From an uncultured delta proteobacterium (GTDB taxonomy: Bacteria > Bdellovibrionota > FAC87 > UBA2466), in NCBI GenBank assembly GCA_963778115.1, contig CAVZSV010000004.1, positions 1,888,001-1,952,000 on the forward strand: DNA of 64,000 nt, written 5' to 3'. This document shows positions 1-10,107 of the stretch, piece by piece. The position numbers were made by a program, and so were the translations under genes. Numbering within the stretch: the first letter of the stretch is position 1; the number at the start of each line of letters is the position of its first letter. The notes under the pieces were generated by a model. The model saw only the letters and a program-made list of their open reading frames with translations. It ran no database searches and had not been told where the DNA came from.

Positions 1-369
1 GGTGCTTTCGTGGATATCGGTGTGCACCAAGACGGTCTAGTCCACGTCTCTCAGCTCAGTGAGAAATTTATCCGAGACCCGCGCGAAGCGGTAAAGCCAG
101 GAGATCGCGTTAAGGTTCGTGTCCTGGAAGTTAATTTGGAGAAAAGCCAAATCTCTTTGTCGATAAGAGCCATTAAAGAAAGAGCGGCGCCGGCACCTCG
201 GCCTCAGGAACCAGCTCGCGCTCCCAGGCAAAACGCTCCTCGGGGAGGCGGTCGTCCTGAGCAGCGCCCACCACAACGTCCTCAGCCCAGAAGACCGCCT
301 AAATCAACGTTTAGGAATGATGCTTTTGCAGCACTGGCAGTGTTGAAGTCGGGGAATAAAAACAAATAA
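1..369 (+). CDS. 3' end of Tex/YhgF-like RNA-binding protein (S1 domain plus Pro/Arg-rich tail), partial
   Basis: Frame from base 1 reads [19 protein letters not shown]...VKVRVLEV, the S1 signature of Tex-family proteins; gene starts upstream of the window. Confidence 0.85.
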   Translation, partial: GAFVDIGVHQDGLVHVSQLSEKFIRDPREAVKPGDRVKVRVLEVNLEKSQISLSIRAIKERAAPAPRPQEPARAPRQNAPRGGGRPEQRPPQRPQPRRPPKSTFRNDAFAALAVLKSGNKNK

Positions 370-380
370 GAAAGGACCAT

Positions 381-431
381 AGAGCTAGTAGTCGATCTCT
401 AGCTCTAGCTCCAGCCCTGGCCTTTTTTTTT
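381..431. terminator. Possible terminator between convergent genes
   Basis: AGAGCTAG...CTAGCTCT stem (381-388/399-406) and a T9 run at 423-431. Confidence 0.35.
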
Positions 432-800
432 CTACTGGTTTTCCGACGTAAACGTACACCCGTCCGAAAGACACCCATCGCCGCTTCCGTCGTGGGCGTC
501 GGAGCACATTTCGATGGCACGGTAGGAGGCCTCTTCGCGAGAAGACATGGGCTCGCTGGCATAGCTGGGAGCAGAGTCTGATTTCGCGTCGTATCGACTG
601 AAGCAGGTCCACAGAATAGAAGATTCCCCGGCTTGATCATCTAAAAAAGACAACTCGCTAAACGGTTCGGCAACCATGCCGTTGCCGACTTCCGTTCCGT
701 TGGTGGCTTTGGCTACGGAACTCTGGGCCATCAGAAAAAGAAAAACTCCCAAGATTGCGACGAAAACGAATGAAGAATAAGACGCACGAACGTAACCCAT
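432..800 (-). CDS. Hypothetical secreted Cys-containing protein
   Basis: Hydrophobic N-terminal signal ending VAKA, four Cys in the mature part, G-rich RBS upstream. Confidence 0.6.
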   Translation of the reverse strand: MGYVRASYSSFVFVAILGVFLFLMAQSSVAKATNGTEVGNGMVAEPFSELSFLDDQAGESSILWTCFSRYDAKSDSAPSYASEPMSSREEASYRAIEMCSDAHDGSGDGCLSDGCTFTSENQ

Positions 801-870
801 GGCAAATACCCCCCAATCGCAAGAATTCCCTTAAATGACTCGGATTAGCAATGAAAAACTTTCACGGTTG

Positions 871-2886
871 TTAGCCGCGATGCATCATTTCTGAGGGGCT
901 TTTGGGGCGCCGAACGGCCGTTGTACGCTTGGGCCGGTAGCCGGTATTGGGAGTTCGGCTGGGATTTCGAATAGTATGGACATGGTTGCCCCGAACCTCT
1001 CGATTGGCGCTGGTTCGTCGGGCTATTAAAGCTTCGCGCGGAGGATGGGCCGCAATCAGAGCGTCGCACCCATTACCGATAAGATCGGTGCGTCCTGCTT
1101 GCTCCAGGGCTTTTCGAACTTCAAAATAGTTTTCGGGTTTGAAAAACTGAAGAAGGGCTCGCTGGAGTTTTCTCTCGCCCAAGTGTTTCGCGATGTAGAT
1201 CTCTTTTTTCGAAAAAGGATCGATCCCTGTGTAGTACATGCAAGTCGCGATGTCGAAAGGGGCCGGAATAAAATCTTGAACCTGATCGGGCCGGTAGCCA
1301 TTTCTCTTCAGAAACAGAGCCAATTCGATCATCGAATTCAGATCCGATCCCGGATGTGACGAAATAAAATACGGAACTAGATATTGTTTCGGCTTTCCGC
1401 CCTTTTTCGAAGCTTTCTTGAAATCCTCGGCGAAGGATTCAAAATTTTCGATGGAAGGTTTTTTCATCTGCTTGAGAACGGCGGGATCGCTATGCTCCGG
1501 CGCTACTTTGAGATGCCCTCCAATGTGGTGCTCTGCCATCTCATCCATGTACTCTGGCGACAATTGGGCCAAATCCATTCGGATGCCACTTGCCACCAAA
1601 ACTTTGCGGATACCCGGTTGCGTACGCGCCTCTTTGAGTAAAGAGACCAACGGGCCGTGATCAGTGCCCAACAGTTTGCACATCGTCGGATGAACGCACG
1701 ACAGTCTCGTGCACTTAGCCTCGACATCAGGGCGAGTACAGCGCATTTGGTACATGTTGGCGGTAGGGCCACCGACGTCACTGACGATCCCTTTGAACTG
1801 GGGATCTTTCGCCATCACGTTTAGCTCTTTGAGAATGGATTCTTGCGATCGAGATTGGATGATCCTTCCCTGATGAGCGGTTATCGAACAGAAAGTACAC
1901 CCGCCGAAACAGCCGCGCATTATAGTGACCGAGTCTTTAATCATTTCGAACGCTGGAATTTTTTCCGAGTAAGAAGGATGAGGTTTTCGCGAATAGGGCA
2001 AATCATAAATGTAATCCATCTCGCCTTCTGAAATGGGAAGATCGGGAGGGTTTGCGACCACAGGACGGTCGGCGTGGTACTGAACTAAAGTTTTCGCGTT
2101 AAAGGGATTCGTATTGATATGGATGACTCGAGTCGCCTCCACGAAAGCCATTTTATCGCTACTTACCGCTTCAAAACTGGGAAGGACCGCAACTCCGGTT
2201 CCAAACCGATCTTGAGTGGATTGAGAAACTTCACTGGCTCCCAAGGCAAAAGCCACTCCGCGAAGGCTACGCAACTCTTTCACGGTCTGGCCGCTTGCAA
2301 GTCGCCTTGCGATTTCAAGAATGAGCTTTTCTCCCATCCCATGAACTAAGAGATCCGCTTTCGCATCGAGGAGAATCGACTTTCGGACGGTATCGCTCCA
2401 ATAATCGTAATGGGCCAGTCGCCGTAGTGAAGCTTCCACACCACCGGCGATCACAGGGACCGCGGGATAAGCTTCTCGCGCGCGCTGGCAATAAGGGAGC
2501 GTTGCCCTGTCGGGGCGTAGCCCGATACGACCGCCGGGAGAATAAGCGTCGTCATTTCTCACCTTTTTGTTGGCGGTATAGTGATTGATGAGCGAATCCA
2601 TGTTTCCAGCACTGATGGCAAAAAAGAGGCGCGGCTTTCCAAACCTCTTCCAGTCAGTACAGCTCCGCCAGTCCGGTTGGCTTAGCATCGCTACTTTAAA
2701 GCCATTCGCTTCAAGAACACGACCTAAGATCGCCATGGCAAAGCTAGGGTGGTCGACGTAGGCATCGCCGGTCACAAATACCACGTCGACTTCGCTCCAA
2801 CCTCGGCCGGCCATCTCTTCCACGGTCATCGGTAGCGGAAGCTGGCTGGTAAGCTGTTTGGCCTGATTTTGGGGATCCAAAAACAT
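871..2886 (-). CDS. ygiQ: YgiQ/UPF0313 family radical SAM protein
   Basis: VTGDAYVDHPSF, GVEASLRRLAHYDYWSD, CxxxCxxC (GCFGGCTFC), LKVAPEH motifs. Confidence 0.92.
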   Translation of the reverse strand: MFLDPQNQAKQLTSQLPLPMTVEEMAGRGWSEVDVVFVTGDAYVDHPSFAMAILGRVLEANGFKVAMLSQPDWRSCTDWKRFGKPRLFFAISAGNMDSLINHYTANKKVRNDDAYSPGGRIGLRPDRATLPYCQRAREAYPAVPVIAGGVEASLRRLAHYDYWSDTVRKSILLDAKADLLVHGMGEKLILEIARRLASGQTVKELRSLRGVAFALGASEVSQSTQDRFGTGVAVLPSFEAVSSDKMAFVEATRVIHINTNPFNAKTLVQYHADRPVVANPPDLPISEGEMDYIYDLPYSRKPHPSYSEKIPAFEMIKDSVTIMRGCFGGCTFCSITAHQGRIIQSRSQESILKELNVMAKDPQFKGIVSDVGGPTANMYQMRCTRPDVEAKCTRLSCVHPTMCKLLGTDHGPLVSLLKEARTQPGIRKVLVASGIRMDLAQLSPEYMDEMAEHHIGGHLKVAPEHSDPAVLKQMKKPSIENFESFAEDFKKASKKGGKPKQYLVPYFISSHPGSDLNSMIELALFLKRNGYRPDQVQDFIPAPFDIATCMYYTGIDPFSKKEIYIAKHLGERKLQRALLQFFKPENYFEVRKALEQAGRTDLIGNGCDALIAAHPPREALIARRTSANREVRGNHVHTIRNPSRTPNTGYRPKRTTAVRRPKSPSEMMHRG

Positions 2887-3023
2887 AGGTAGGTCGTTAA
2901 CATTTTTAAAGAATGAAAGATAGGGGGATGGACAAAACAGGCCTGTTCTCCCTTTGAGGCCACGCTTCTAAGATCTCACTTTCTTTGATACATTAGGCTC
3001 GAAATTTTAAAAGGAAGGTAACG

Positions 3024-3626
3024 ATGAAATTGATTCAAAAAAGCACTCTCTTGGTATTGATGGCGGTGGCCTCGGTCTCTTACGGCGAAGGTCAGAAATG
3101 CAGTTTTCAACTCAATAAGGACTCCGGCAAGGTCGGATGGACGGCTTTCAAAACCTCTGAAAAGGTGGGGGTGAAAGGAACTTTCAAAAAAGTGACTCTC
3201 GAAGCAAAGCCAGAAGCGGATAGCCTTTCTAAGGCTTTAGACGGAACAGAAGTTAGCGTCGATAAACTTTCGGTGGATACCACCAATCCTGCGCGCGACA
3301 CTACCTTGACCGATTTCTTTTTCAAAAAGCTTCATAAATCGATCTCCGCCAAAGTAAAAAGTGTCTCGGAGAAGGATTCGACCCTTGTGGTTTCGCTTGA
3401 TCTCAATGGCCACAAAAAAGACGTCACCTTGCACTACGATCTCAAAGACGACGGAACATTCTCAGCGGCCGGCAACATCGATATTTTGGGTTTCGGCGCC
3501 AAAGCCGCGCTGGCGTCACTGCACCAACAGTGTTCGGCTCTGCATACGGGCAAAGACGGCGTTTCCAAAACGTGGCCCGACGTCGACGTTAATTTCAACG
3601 CAACGGTTACTAAAACTTGTAAGTAA
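3024..3626 (+). CDS. YceI family periplasmic lipid/polyisoprenoid-binding protein
   Basis: Signal peptide; WTAFKT..KVGVKGTF, SVDTTNPARD, KTWPDV motifs; AAGGAAGG RBS. Confidence 0.8.
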   Translation: MKLIQKSTLLVLMAVASVSYGEGQKCSFQLNKDSGKVGWTAFKTSEKVGVKGTFKKVTLEAKPEADSLSKALDGTEVSVDKLSVDTTNPARDTTLTDFFFKKLHKSISAKVKSVSEKDSTLVVSLDLNGHKKDVTLHYDLKDDGTFSAAGNIDILGFGAKAALASLHQQCSALHTGKDGVSKTWPDVDVNFNATVTKTCK

Positions 3627-3630
3627 ACCT

Positions 3631-3766
3631 AAAAGGTGCCCGTCGACTTTCGGGACCATCAGCTGCGGACTTAGGCTAAAGCTGTCACGTCCTGGCGGCA
3701 CGATTTATCCTACGGCCATAGGTCCGTAAGATCTCCTAGGGTCCTGAAAGTCGACGGGCACCTTTT
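3631..3766. repeat. 136-bp REP/REPIN- or MITE-like long inverted repeat
   Basis: Arms AAAAGGTGCCCGTCGACTTTCGGGACC (3631-3657) and GGTCCTGAAAGTCGACGGGCACCTTTT (3740-3766) are 26/27 reverse-complementary, with a further inner imperfect stem. Confidence 0.8.
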
Positions 3767-4623
3767 GAAGCGTCGGTATAGGCCTTTCGGATTTTCGATT
3801 GGCCGTAGCGCTCTTCCAATTGCTTAATGCCGAAATGAAACTTCGCCGCTTGATTAAAGTGGTGGGTAAAAGCGGCATTGATCAGGGCACCGCCCGCGGC
3901 ACCGATGATGGGAATGCTTTCTGAAATCACTTTTTCGGAAACCGTAATTTCAAATTGCGCGGCAATCCGAGACATTAGCCGAATGAGAACCGGCACGCTG
4001 CCCTTTTCGATCATTTCAAACGCTTCGCGTGCCGAATGTTTGGCGATGAAAGCCGCCGCTTCCGATACTAACTTTCCTAGCCCCAACCGAGACGCGTAGT
4101 AGGAAGTTTCCGCAGCGTCATGAGGAGCGTTAGCGCTTAACGTAAAAACGTACAAGCACTCCAGCTGGGTCTTCGGAGAACTTAGGTCAGCGCCAAATGA
4201 TTGAGCAGTACTCGCAATCGATCGCAACATAAGGGCCGTGCTAATCGGGAGTTCAATCGCTAAAGAAGGAAGGCCAAAAAGACCTCCGAAAGTACCGGTC
4301 ACCATCGCTCCCAACTCATGCCAGCGACTATTCATCGCTACTTTGTGTTCGGCACTCGCAAAAATAGCTTTTCCCTGCCCCGCCTCCTGCGGGATGGTGA
4401 AGAGAGCCACTTTAAGCGCTTTTTTGAGCGCTTCATGAGTAGCGGTTTGGATGGCGCGTCGCGCTTTATCGGGCAATCTATCTTGAAGTAACTCAATAGG
4501 ATGGCCCAGCATATTGGCCGCTCGGATGAAAGCCCCCGGGGTTTCTAGAAAATGGGCCCCTTCCCTGAGGAATTGACGCTCAAAAGCGGTTATTTCTGTC
4601 GGCGCGTTGGGATCGTGGCTCAT
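3736..4623 (-). CDS. EcsC family protein
   Basis: GGLFGLPSLAIELPIST.LMLRSIA, ECLYVF, YYASR, IPIIGAAGGALIN..F..HF motifs typical of EcsC. Confidence 0.8.
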   Translation of the reverse strand: MSHDPNAPTEITAFERQFLREGAHFLETPGAFIRAANMLGHPIELLQDRLPDKARRAIQTATHEALKKALKVALFTIPQEAGQGKAIFASAEHKVAMNSRWHELGAMVTGTFGGLFGLPSLAIELPISTALMLRSIASTAQSFGADLSSPKTQLECLYVFTLSANAPHDAAETSYYASRLGLGKLVSEAAAFIAKHSAREAFEMIEKGSVPVLIRLMSRIAAQFEITVSEKVISESIPIIGAAGGALINAAFTHHFNQAAKFHFGIKQLEERYGQSKIRKAYTDASKGARRLSGP

Positions 4624-4715
4624 GGCATGCTCCCTCTTCTTGATACGACAATCAAATAGGCAACTGGCCCGCCCCTCATTATAATGGGGAAACGAGAAGG
4701 GAAGACGAAAACCTT

Positions 4716-5471
4716 ATGCCTTCAGCAAAATCAGATAACGTATTCTTGTATGACCTAACCAATATCCGCAAAGACTACTCCGTGGGACAAGTCGTCGTCA
4801 CGGCACTTACCGACGTGCACTTAAGGCTGAACCATGGCGAGTTTGTAGCTCTGCAAGGGCCTTCGGGAAGCGGGAAATCAACTTTACTTAACGTGCTGGG
4901 ACTTTTGGAAGTCCCTTCCGACGGTACTCTGGACTTTTTAGGAACCCGACTTACTGGCTATTCGGATTTTGCTCTAACCGGAATTCGGCGGCACTCCATC
5001 GGTTTTATTTTTCAGAATTTCAATCTGGTCTCTACCCTAACGTCGCTCGAAAATGTGGAATACCCGCTTTATCTCGAGGGGGGGGCTAACCGTAAGACGA
5101 TTCGCGATAGAGCGCGAGAGGCAATGAAATCGGTAGGGCTCGAAAAATTTGGAGAACACAAGCCTAGGCAATTAAGCGGCGGCCAAAGACAACGAGTGGC
5201 TATCGCCAGAGCTCTGGTTAAACAACCCAAAGTTATTCTAGCCGACGAGCCTACCGCCAATCTGGACTCCAAGAACGCTTCTCAAATTGTCGATCTGATG
5301 CACGAGCTAAAACAGAAATTTCAAACGTCGGTAATCATTGCCACTCACGACGCTAAGATTGCTAACGGGGCGGATAAGAGAATTCAGTTAATCGATGGTA
5401 AGATCGAAAGCGTTTCGGATTCCCGCCCAACGGAAATTACACGTTCCGCCCCAATGCCTCGACGATATTAA
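4716..5471 (+). CDS. ABC transporter ATP-binding protein (LolD/MacB type)
   Basis: Walker [35 protein letters not shown]. Confidence 0.92.
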   Translation: MPSAKSDNVFLYDLTNIRKDYSVGQVVVTALTDVHLRLNHGEFVALQGPSGSGKSTLLNVLGLLEVPSDGTLDFLGTRLTGYSDFALTGIRRHSIGFIFQNFNLVSTLTSLENVEYPLYLEGGANRKTIRDRAREAMKSVGLEKFGEHKPRQLSGGQRQRVAIARALVKQPKVILADEPTANLDSKNASQIVDLMHELKQKFQTSVIIATHDAKIANGADKRIQLIDGKIESVSDSRPTEITRSAPMPRRY

Positions 5472-6687
5472 GGCGCGCTATTTTAAGAGCCGGAAAGATT
5501 CCGGAGCCCCCCGCCACCGCAATGCAAAGAGCTAGTGTCGTCGCGATGCCGTGCCAAGGAACCGTGAACATCACGTGAAATTGCGCCGTCATGCTGGGAG
5601 GGGGAGGCATCGTAACACCGTTTTTGAGCGGAACATAGATAGCGAACACGCTAAAGACAATCCCTAAAAGACCTCCTAAGATCGACTGCAGCATTGACTC
5701 AATGAAAATCAGAGCTGCCACCTCATTTCGGTAAGTTCCAATCGCTCTTAAGGTCCCAAACTCTCCTGTGCGCTCCAGCAAACTAATCATAAAAACAGTA
5801 AGAATGCTTAAGGTAGCAACGGTAACGATGATGATTCGAAAGATCATAAATACCCCTTCGAGCCAGCCCATGGAATTGTCGAACATGTCGCCCGCAAGTT
5901 CGTACCAGTGAACTCCTTCGAGGTCCGGGAAATCTTTTTTGAGGAGATCTTTAAAAGCAGCCTTGTACTTCAATTCGTCTTCACCTGCAAAGCCCAGAAG
6001 AATTTGGGAGGGTCCCGTGGTACGCAGCAACTTCTGTGCAAGCTCTTGGTGCACGTAAAACATGGAGCCGTCTAATTCTCGAATTCCCGTTTGGAAAACG
6101 CCCACGACTTCTAGATCGGCAGCATTTAGTGATCCGCCGGCGGTACTCGTAACGACCGAAACCATATCACCTGGTTTGACTTTAAGCTGCTCGGCCAATC
6201 CCGTGGATAGAAAGATACTTTCGAGCTTACTTCCGGCCAGATGCTTGCCTTGGACCACCTGGGTCAGGGTCATAAAGCTTTTTTCCTGCTCGGCATCGAT
6301 GCCGACACCCATACCACTTAGAGATCTATCGTTGTAGTTGACGAGGCCAAAGAATTTCTGACGGCGAGAGAAGAAAATAACAGGACCCACTTTCTCTTCC
6401 AGCGCCTTTTTGATTTTGTCGGTGTCGGTGATCTGGTAGCCGAAAGGATCGTCCCCTTGATTGGTCCGGTAGCCTTTTTTGTAAATCTGGTATTGGGCAT
6501 AGACCGCTGAAATGAGATTTTGGCGAAACGTCCGTTTTACGCCGTCGATGTAAGACTGAGACAGCATCAGTGACGTCGCTGCGGCGGCAATAGCTAGCAA
6601 ACTAAAAATGGTACGGCGCGGAGCCCTCCATAGGTTCCTAAACGCGTTCATGATAAGAAATCTAGCCCAAATTAGCTTTGCGACCAT
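5437..6687 (-). CDS. ABC transporter permease (FtsX/LolE/MacB type)
   Basis: N-terminal TM, large periplasmic domain, ERTGEFGTLRAIG motif, three C-terminal TMs, [13 protein letters not shown] end. Confidence 0.88.
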   Translation of the reverse strand: MVAKLIWARFLIMNAFRNLWRAPRRTIFSLLAIAAAATSLMLSQSYIDGVKRTFRQNLISAVYAQYQIYKKGYRTNQGDDPFGYQITDTDKIKKALEEKVGPVIFFSRRQKFFGLVNYNDRSLSGMGVGIDAEQEKSFMTLTQVVQGKHLAGSKLESIFLSTGLAEQLKVKPGDMVSVVTSTAGGSLNAADLEVVGVFQTGIRELDGSMFYVHQELAQKLLRTTGPSQILLGFAGEDELKYKAAFKDLLKKDFPDLEGVHWYELAGDMFDNSMGWLEGVFMIFRIIIVTVATLSILTVFMISLLERTGEFGTLRAIGTYRNEVAALIFIESMLQSILGGLLGIVFSVFAIYVPLKNGVTMPPPPSMTAQFHVMFTVPWHGIATTLALCIAVAGGSGIFPALKIARLNIVEALGRNV

Positions 6688-6790
6688 GGAAGCCCCGTCG
6701 AATTAGTTTTCAAACTCAGCCGGTCTTAATAAGATTGTCTAAGTAAGATTATAGACTAATCCCCCTGGAGTACAGTTTCTAAGAACAGCC

Positions 6791-7330
6791 ATGCATTTAT
6801 CTCGACTTACCGCGAAACTTTTTCTTTTCGGAACAGCGGCTCTTGCCGCGGTGCTACTGGGCATTTTACTGGCCGGGGCTTTACTCCCGCGCAACCACAG
6901 GGCATCCCAAACGGGCCACTTTCAGGCGAGTCCCGAACGCATTTGGGCGGCCCTTATGGATATTGAAAATTATCCAGGATGGAGACCTGACGTCTCCTCC
7001 ATTCAAATGCGCCCTCCCGTGGACGGCAGACTCTCTTGGAAAGAGTTTGGTTGGTACGGCTCCGTGACCCTTCGAGTGGACGAGGCTTCGCCAACACGGC
7101 ATCTAGTCACTCGAGTGGTGGCTTCTCAAGTTCCGTTTACTTCGGTTTGGATCTTCACCCTGACACCCGAAGGAGACAGCGGAACGAAACTTCAATTGGA
7201 CGAGTCTAGAGAGATTCCAAACCCTCTTTACCGATTGCCGGTCAGAATCTTTCACGGGGGCCGAGCCTCGGTGGGAAGTTACTTAAATGCGCTGGGAAAG
7301 AAGTTGGGAGAGACCCCAGTAGTTGAATAG
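6791..7330 (+). CDS. SRPBCC/polyketide cyclase-like protein with N-terminal membrane anchor
   Basis: ASPERIWAALMDIENYPGWRPDV and W.FTL.PEG..GT.L motifs. Confidence 0.75.
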   Translation: MHLSRLTAKLFLFGTAALAAVLLGILLAGALLPRNHRASQTGHFQASPERIWAALMDIENYPGWRPDVSSIQMRPPVDGRLSWKEFGWYGSVTLRVDEASPTRHLVTRVVASQVPFTSVWIFTLTPEGDSGTKLQLDESREIPNPLYRLPVRIFHGGRASVGSYLNALGKKLGETPVVE

Positions 7331-7338
7331 TGGCAAAA

Positions 7339-7354
7339 TGGCCCCGCGATTGCG
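7339..7354 (+). promoter_or_regulatory. Putative sigma54 promoter
   Basis: TGGCCCCGCGATTGCG: GG-N10-GC spacing, ~115 bp upstream of the 7468 ORF. Confidence 0.45.
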
Positions 7355-7467
7355 CAAAAACGTAATGCGTTAGTAGTCAGTGAGCGTGGATTTCCTTGGT
7401 ATGAAACTTGCGATAGCCAGGGACAGGCTGATTCATTTCACTATCCTTTAAATTCCTGGGGGCTTTC

Positions 7468-7827
7468 ATGAGTACTCGATGGGTTACGATGCTTAGTCTA
7501 ATGTTGGCATTAAGTACTAACGTAAGTTTTGCGAGCGGTTTCTTGTGCATTGCCCAGTGCAGCCAAGTAAATCCCGCAAACGAAACGGTTACCGTGCAAG
7601 TGGTAATCAATAATCAAGTGATGGCCACGGGTGCCGATGCAGCAACCGCTTTCGCTAATCTAACCGCAAAATGCACCCAGACTCTCAATGTGGGATCGCA
7701 GACGGATGTCGCCTATACGTACAATGACGACACCACTTCGGATCTGGATGGGTATCTGGAAAATGCTTGGCTCGAAGCCAAATTTGTGCCGGCAACCGCC
7801 GACAACGCGTGCCTTTCGTTGGAGTGA
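7468..7827 (+). CDS. Hypothetical secreted protein (4 Cys)
   Basis: Signal peptide ending SFA, GGGGG RBS, fills the intergenic gap. Confidence 0.65.
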   Translation: MSTRWVTMLSLMLALSTNVSFASGFLCIAQCSQVNPANETVTVQVVINNQVMATGADAATAFANLTAKCTQTLNVGSQTDVAYTYNDDTTSDLDGYLENAWLEAKFVPATADNACLSLE

Positions 7828-7847
7828 GCGGGGTTACTCGATAACTT

Positions 7848-8498
7848 TTAGGTTTCAGGCTCGGTGTGGATTTCGTCGCTAAGCTCATTGATATCATCAG
7901 CAGATCGGGGGAAAGCGGTTGCTAATTCTTGACCGATTTTTTCGATGACCTCGGCAAGAACTTCCGCGGGGCGGCCCGAATGAATCCCTTTTACGATCGT
8001 ATCGACGTGGGATTGCCAATAACCTTTAGGCGTTTTGGAGTCGATCCCTTTATCGGCTAAGATCTCTATCCGGCGCTCAAGAACCGAAAGGTAGATGAGG
8101 ATTCCGGTCCGGTGTGCGGTTTCTGTCAGACCCGCCGACACAAAGCTCGCCATTACCTCTCGATGTACACTGTGATGGAGGACGGATTTTGGAATACTGG
8201 ATCGTTTGATTATTGGAACCAGAGGGAACATCGCTCCCATAACGACTCCGCTCCACTGGATCAAAAGAATCTGCCCAAGTTCCAGCGCCCATTGTGAGTG
8301 GGACCTCAAAAACAAAAGAATAAAACAGCTTCCGATCCAGCCTGCTATGCCCCAGACCAAATGGACCCAAGCGTAATCGTCACTCGAAGCTACGATAAAG
8401 GGGACGATCTCACCGCTTGTTTGGCTCTCTGCCTTTCGAACGGCAGCTTTAATGCGATCTTGCTCAGCCACAGTTAGTCGAATTCGTTTTCGTTTCAT
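7848..8498 (-). CDS. TPM domain membrane protein (LemA-associated)
   Basis: AESQTSGEIVP, GLTET..RTGILIYLS..ERRIEILADKGI, DINELSD; start moved to MKRKR (8498) because the longer ORF start lies inside the upstream gene. Confidence 0.85.
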   Translation of the reverse strand: MKRKRIRLTVAEQDRIKAAVRKAESQTSGEIVPFIVASSDDYAWVHLVWGIAGWIGSCFILLFLRSHSQWALELGQILLIQWSGVVMGAMFPLVPIIKRSSIPKSVLHHSVHREVMASFVSAGLTETAHRTGILIYLSVLERRIEILADKGIDSKTPKGYWQSHVDTIVKGIHSGRPAEVLAEVIEKIGQELATAFPRSADDINELSDEIHTEPET

Positions 8499-8502
8499 CG
8501 CA

Positions 8503-9234
8503 TCACCATGACGACGATCCTCCGCCGCCTCCAAAACCACCGCCTCCGCCGCTAAATCCGCCACCCCCAAAACCACCGCCTCCGCCAAATCCGCCGCCTC
8601 CGCCCCAATACCCTCCGCCTCCATAGTAGCCGCGTCCCCATAGACGGGAGAGGGGAAGCATCAGAAAGAAAAATCCAAAGAGGAAAAGTAGCATCAGGGG
8701 AAAGGAAACCTTTTCGTCGTCGGTCGAAAGCCTTCCTTTGACGGGTGCTTTCAAATCGACATTTAACTTCTGGGCTATCTGCTCGACGGCAACCATAATG
8801 CCGTCGCCAAAACGACGCTCTCGAAAATAAGGGGCTAGCGTATTATCGAGAATCCTTCTGGTGTAAGCATCGGTGATATCTCCCTCTAAGCCGTAGCCGA
8901 CTTCAAGACGCATTTTGCGTTCGTTAGGAGCAATCACCAGGATCAAACCTTGATCCTGACCCTTTTTCCCCAACTTCCACTTTTCCGCGGCAGCCAGCGA
9001 AAAACTCTCGATGTCATATCCTTGCAGAGATTGCGGGAGATAGACCACAAGCTGCACCTTTCCGCTTTGGTCAAGGCGCATCAGCATGTCGGTTAGACTT
9101 TGAGCATCAGACGCGGAAAGTAAGGAAACCTCGTCGATAACAGGGCCGCTTAAGTCTGGAATTTTAGGGCCTTGAGCCCATCCCGCGACAGTCCATAACA
9201 ACAAAAAGAGGATCGTGTGAAAGGGCAGTTTCAC
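8503..9234 (-). CDS. TPM domain (YgcG-like) protein with Gly-rich C-terminus
   Basis: WKLGKKGQDQGLILVIAPNERKMRLEVGYGLEG; FSGGGGGFGGGG.SSSW tail. Confidence 0.9.
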   Translation of the reverse strand: MKLPFHTILFLLLWTVAGWAQGPKIPDLSGPVIDEVSLLSASDAQSLTDMLMRLDQSGKVQLVVYLPQSLQGYDIESFSLAAAEKWKLGKKGQDQGLILVIAPNERKMRLEVGYGLEGDITDAYTRRILDNTLAPYFRERRFGDGIMVAVEQIAQKLNVDLKAPVKGRLSTDDEKVSFPLMLLFLFGFFFLMLPLSRLWGRGYYGGGGYWGGGGGFGGGGGFGGGGFSGGGGGFGGGGGSSSW

Positions 9235-9864
9235 CTAGAACTCGACCTTAGGAGCCGCTTCCGATCCCGCTGTAGCTTTGAACGTTTCTCGGGGGTCAAG
9301 ATGTAAGAGATACTTAGCCGTGAGATTCGTAGGAAAACTGCGAACCGCGGTATTGAAGAGAACCACGGTATCGATGTAGCGTTTTCTTGCGACGGTAATT
9401 CGGTTCTCCGTCCCCTCCAGCTGGGACTGCAGATCTTTGAAATTATCGTTGGCTTTCAGATCGGGATATTTTTCTACCACGACCATTAAGCGAGAGAGAG
9501 CCGAGGTTAGTCCATCTTCGGCTTGCTGAGACTGGCTAAAGGCCTGCGCATTAGAAAGGTCTTTAACATTAATATTCGTTTGAGTGGCTTTCGCCCGGGC
9601 TTCGACGACCTTGGTTAGCGTTTCTTCTTCATGCTTGGCATAGCCCTTCACAGTGGCCACCAAATTGGGAATCAGATCGTGCCGGCGTTGGTACTGATTT
9701 TCGACCTCTGACCAAGCCCCTTTAACTTCTTCGTCTTGACGCTGCAGAGAGTTATATCCGCACCCGGAAAGGCCCACGAGCATTAGGCCAAGGAGGAGCA
9801 CTGCCAAAGATCGTCCAAAACGAAACTGTCCAGACCGGGAGACCGGTATTTTGTCTATTTTCAT
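9235..9864 (-). CDS. lemA: LemA family protein
   Basis: GCGYNSL, YQRRHDLIPNLV, YPDLKA..NF, LEGTENRI motifs. Confidence 0.95.
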   Translation of the reverse strand: MKIDKIPVSRSGQFRFGRSLAVLLLGLMLVGLSGCGYNSLQRQDEEVKGAWSEVENQYQRRHDLIPNLVATVKGYAKHEEETLTKVVEARAKATQTNINVKDLSNAQAFSQSQQAEDGLTSALSRLMVVVEKYPDLKANDNFKDLQSQLEGTENRITVARKRYIDTVVLFNTAVRSFPTNLTAKYLLHLDPRETFKATAGSEAAPKVEF

Positions 9865-9969
9865 GGTGTGATTACTTTAGTGATCCCTATAGTCCCCGTC
9901 AAACCGATGAGGGTTTTACAGATTCGGGTTGCTCCCCCGACAAATCTACAATAAAGGTAAGGTATGTAT

Positions 9970-10065
9970 GGCTCGGCCCTGCGCGACGCATGTTCGCGAA
10001 TCCCGTCAGGTCCGGAAGGAAGCAGCGGTAGCTTACCTCTGTGGGCGACGCAGGTAACCCGAGCC
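9970..10065 (+). ncRNA. ffs: Signal recognition particle RNA (small bacterial SRP / 4.5S)
   Basis: Helix-8 core GTCAGGTCCGGAAGGAAGCAGC, terminal stem GGCTCGG/CCGAGCC, downstream T-run, position just upstream of dnaX. Confidence 0.93.
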
Positions 10066-10107
10066 TCTTTTTTTCATCCGCATTCGGAAACCGTGGTACC
10101 CGTAAGT

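Noticed and set aside
8499..8624. Ala/Glu-rich N-terminal extension of the 7848 ORF
   Set aside because: It is an off-frame reading of the upstream gene's Gly-rich tail.
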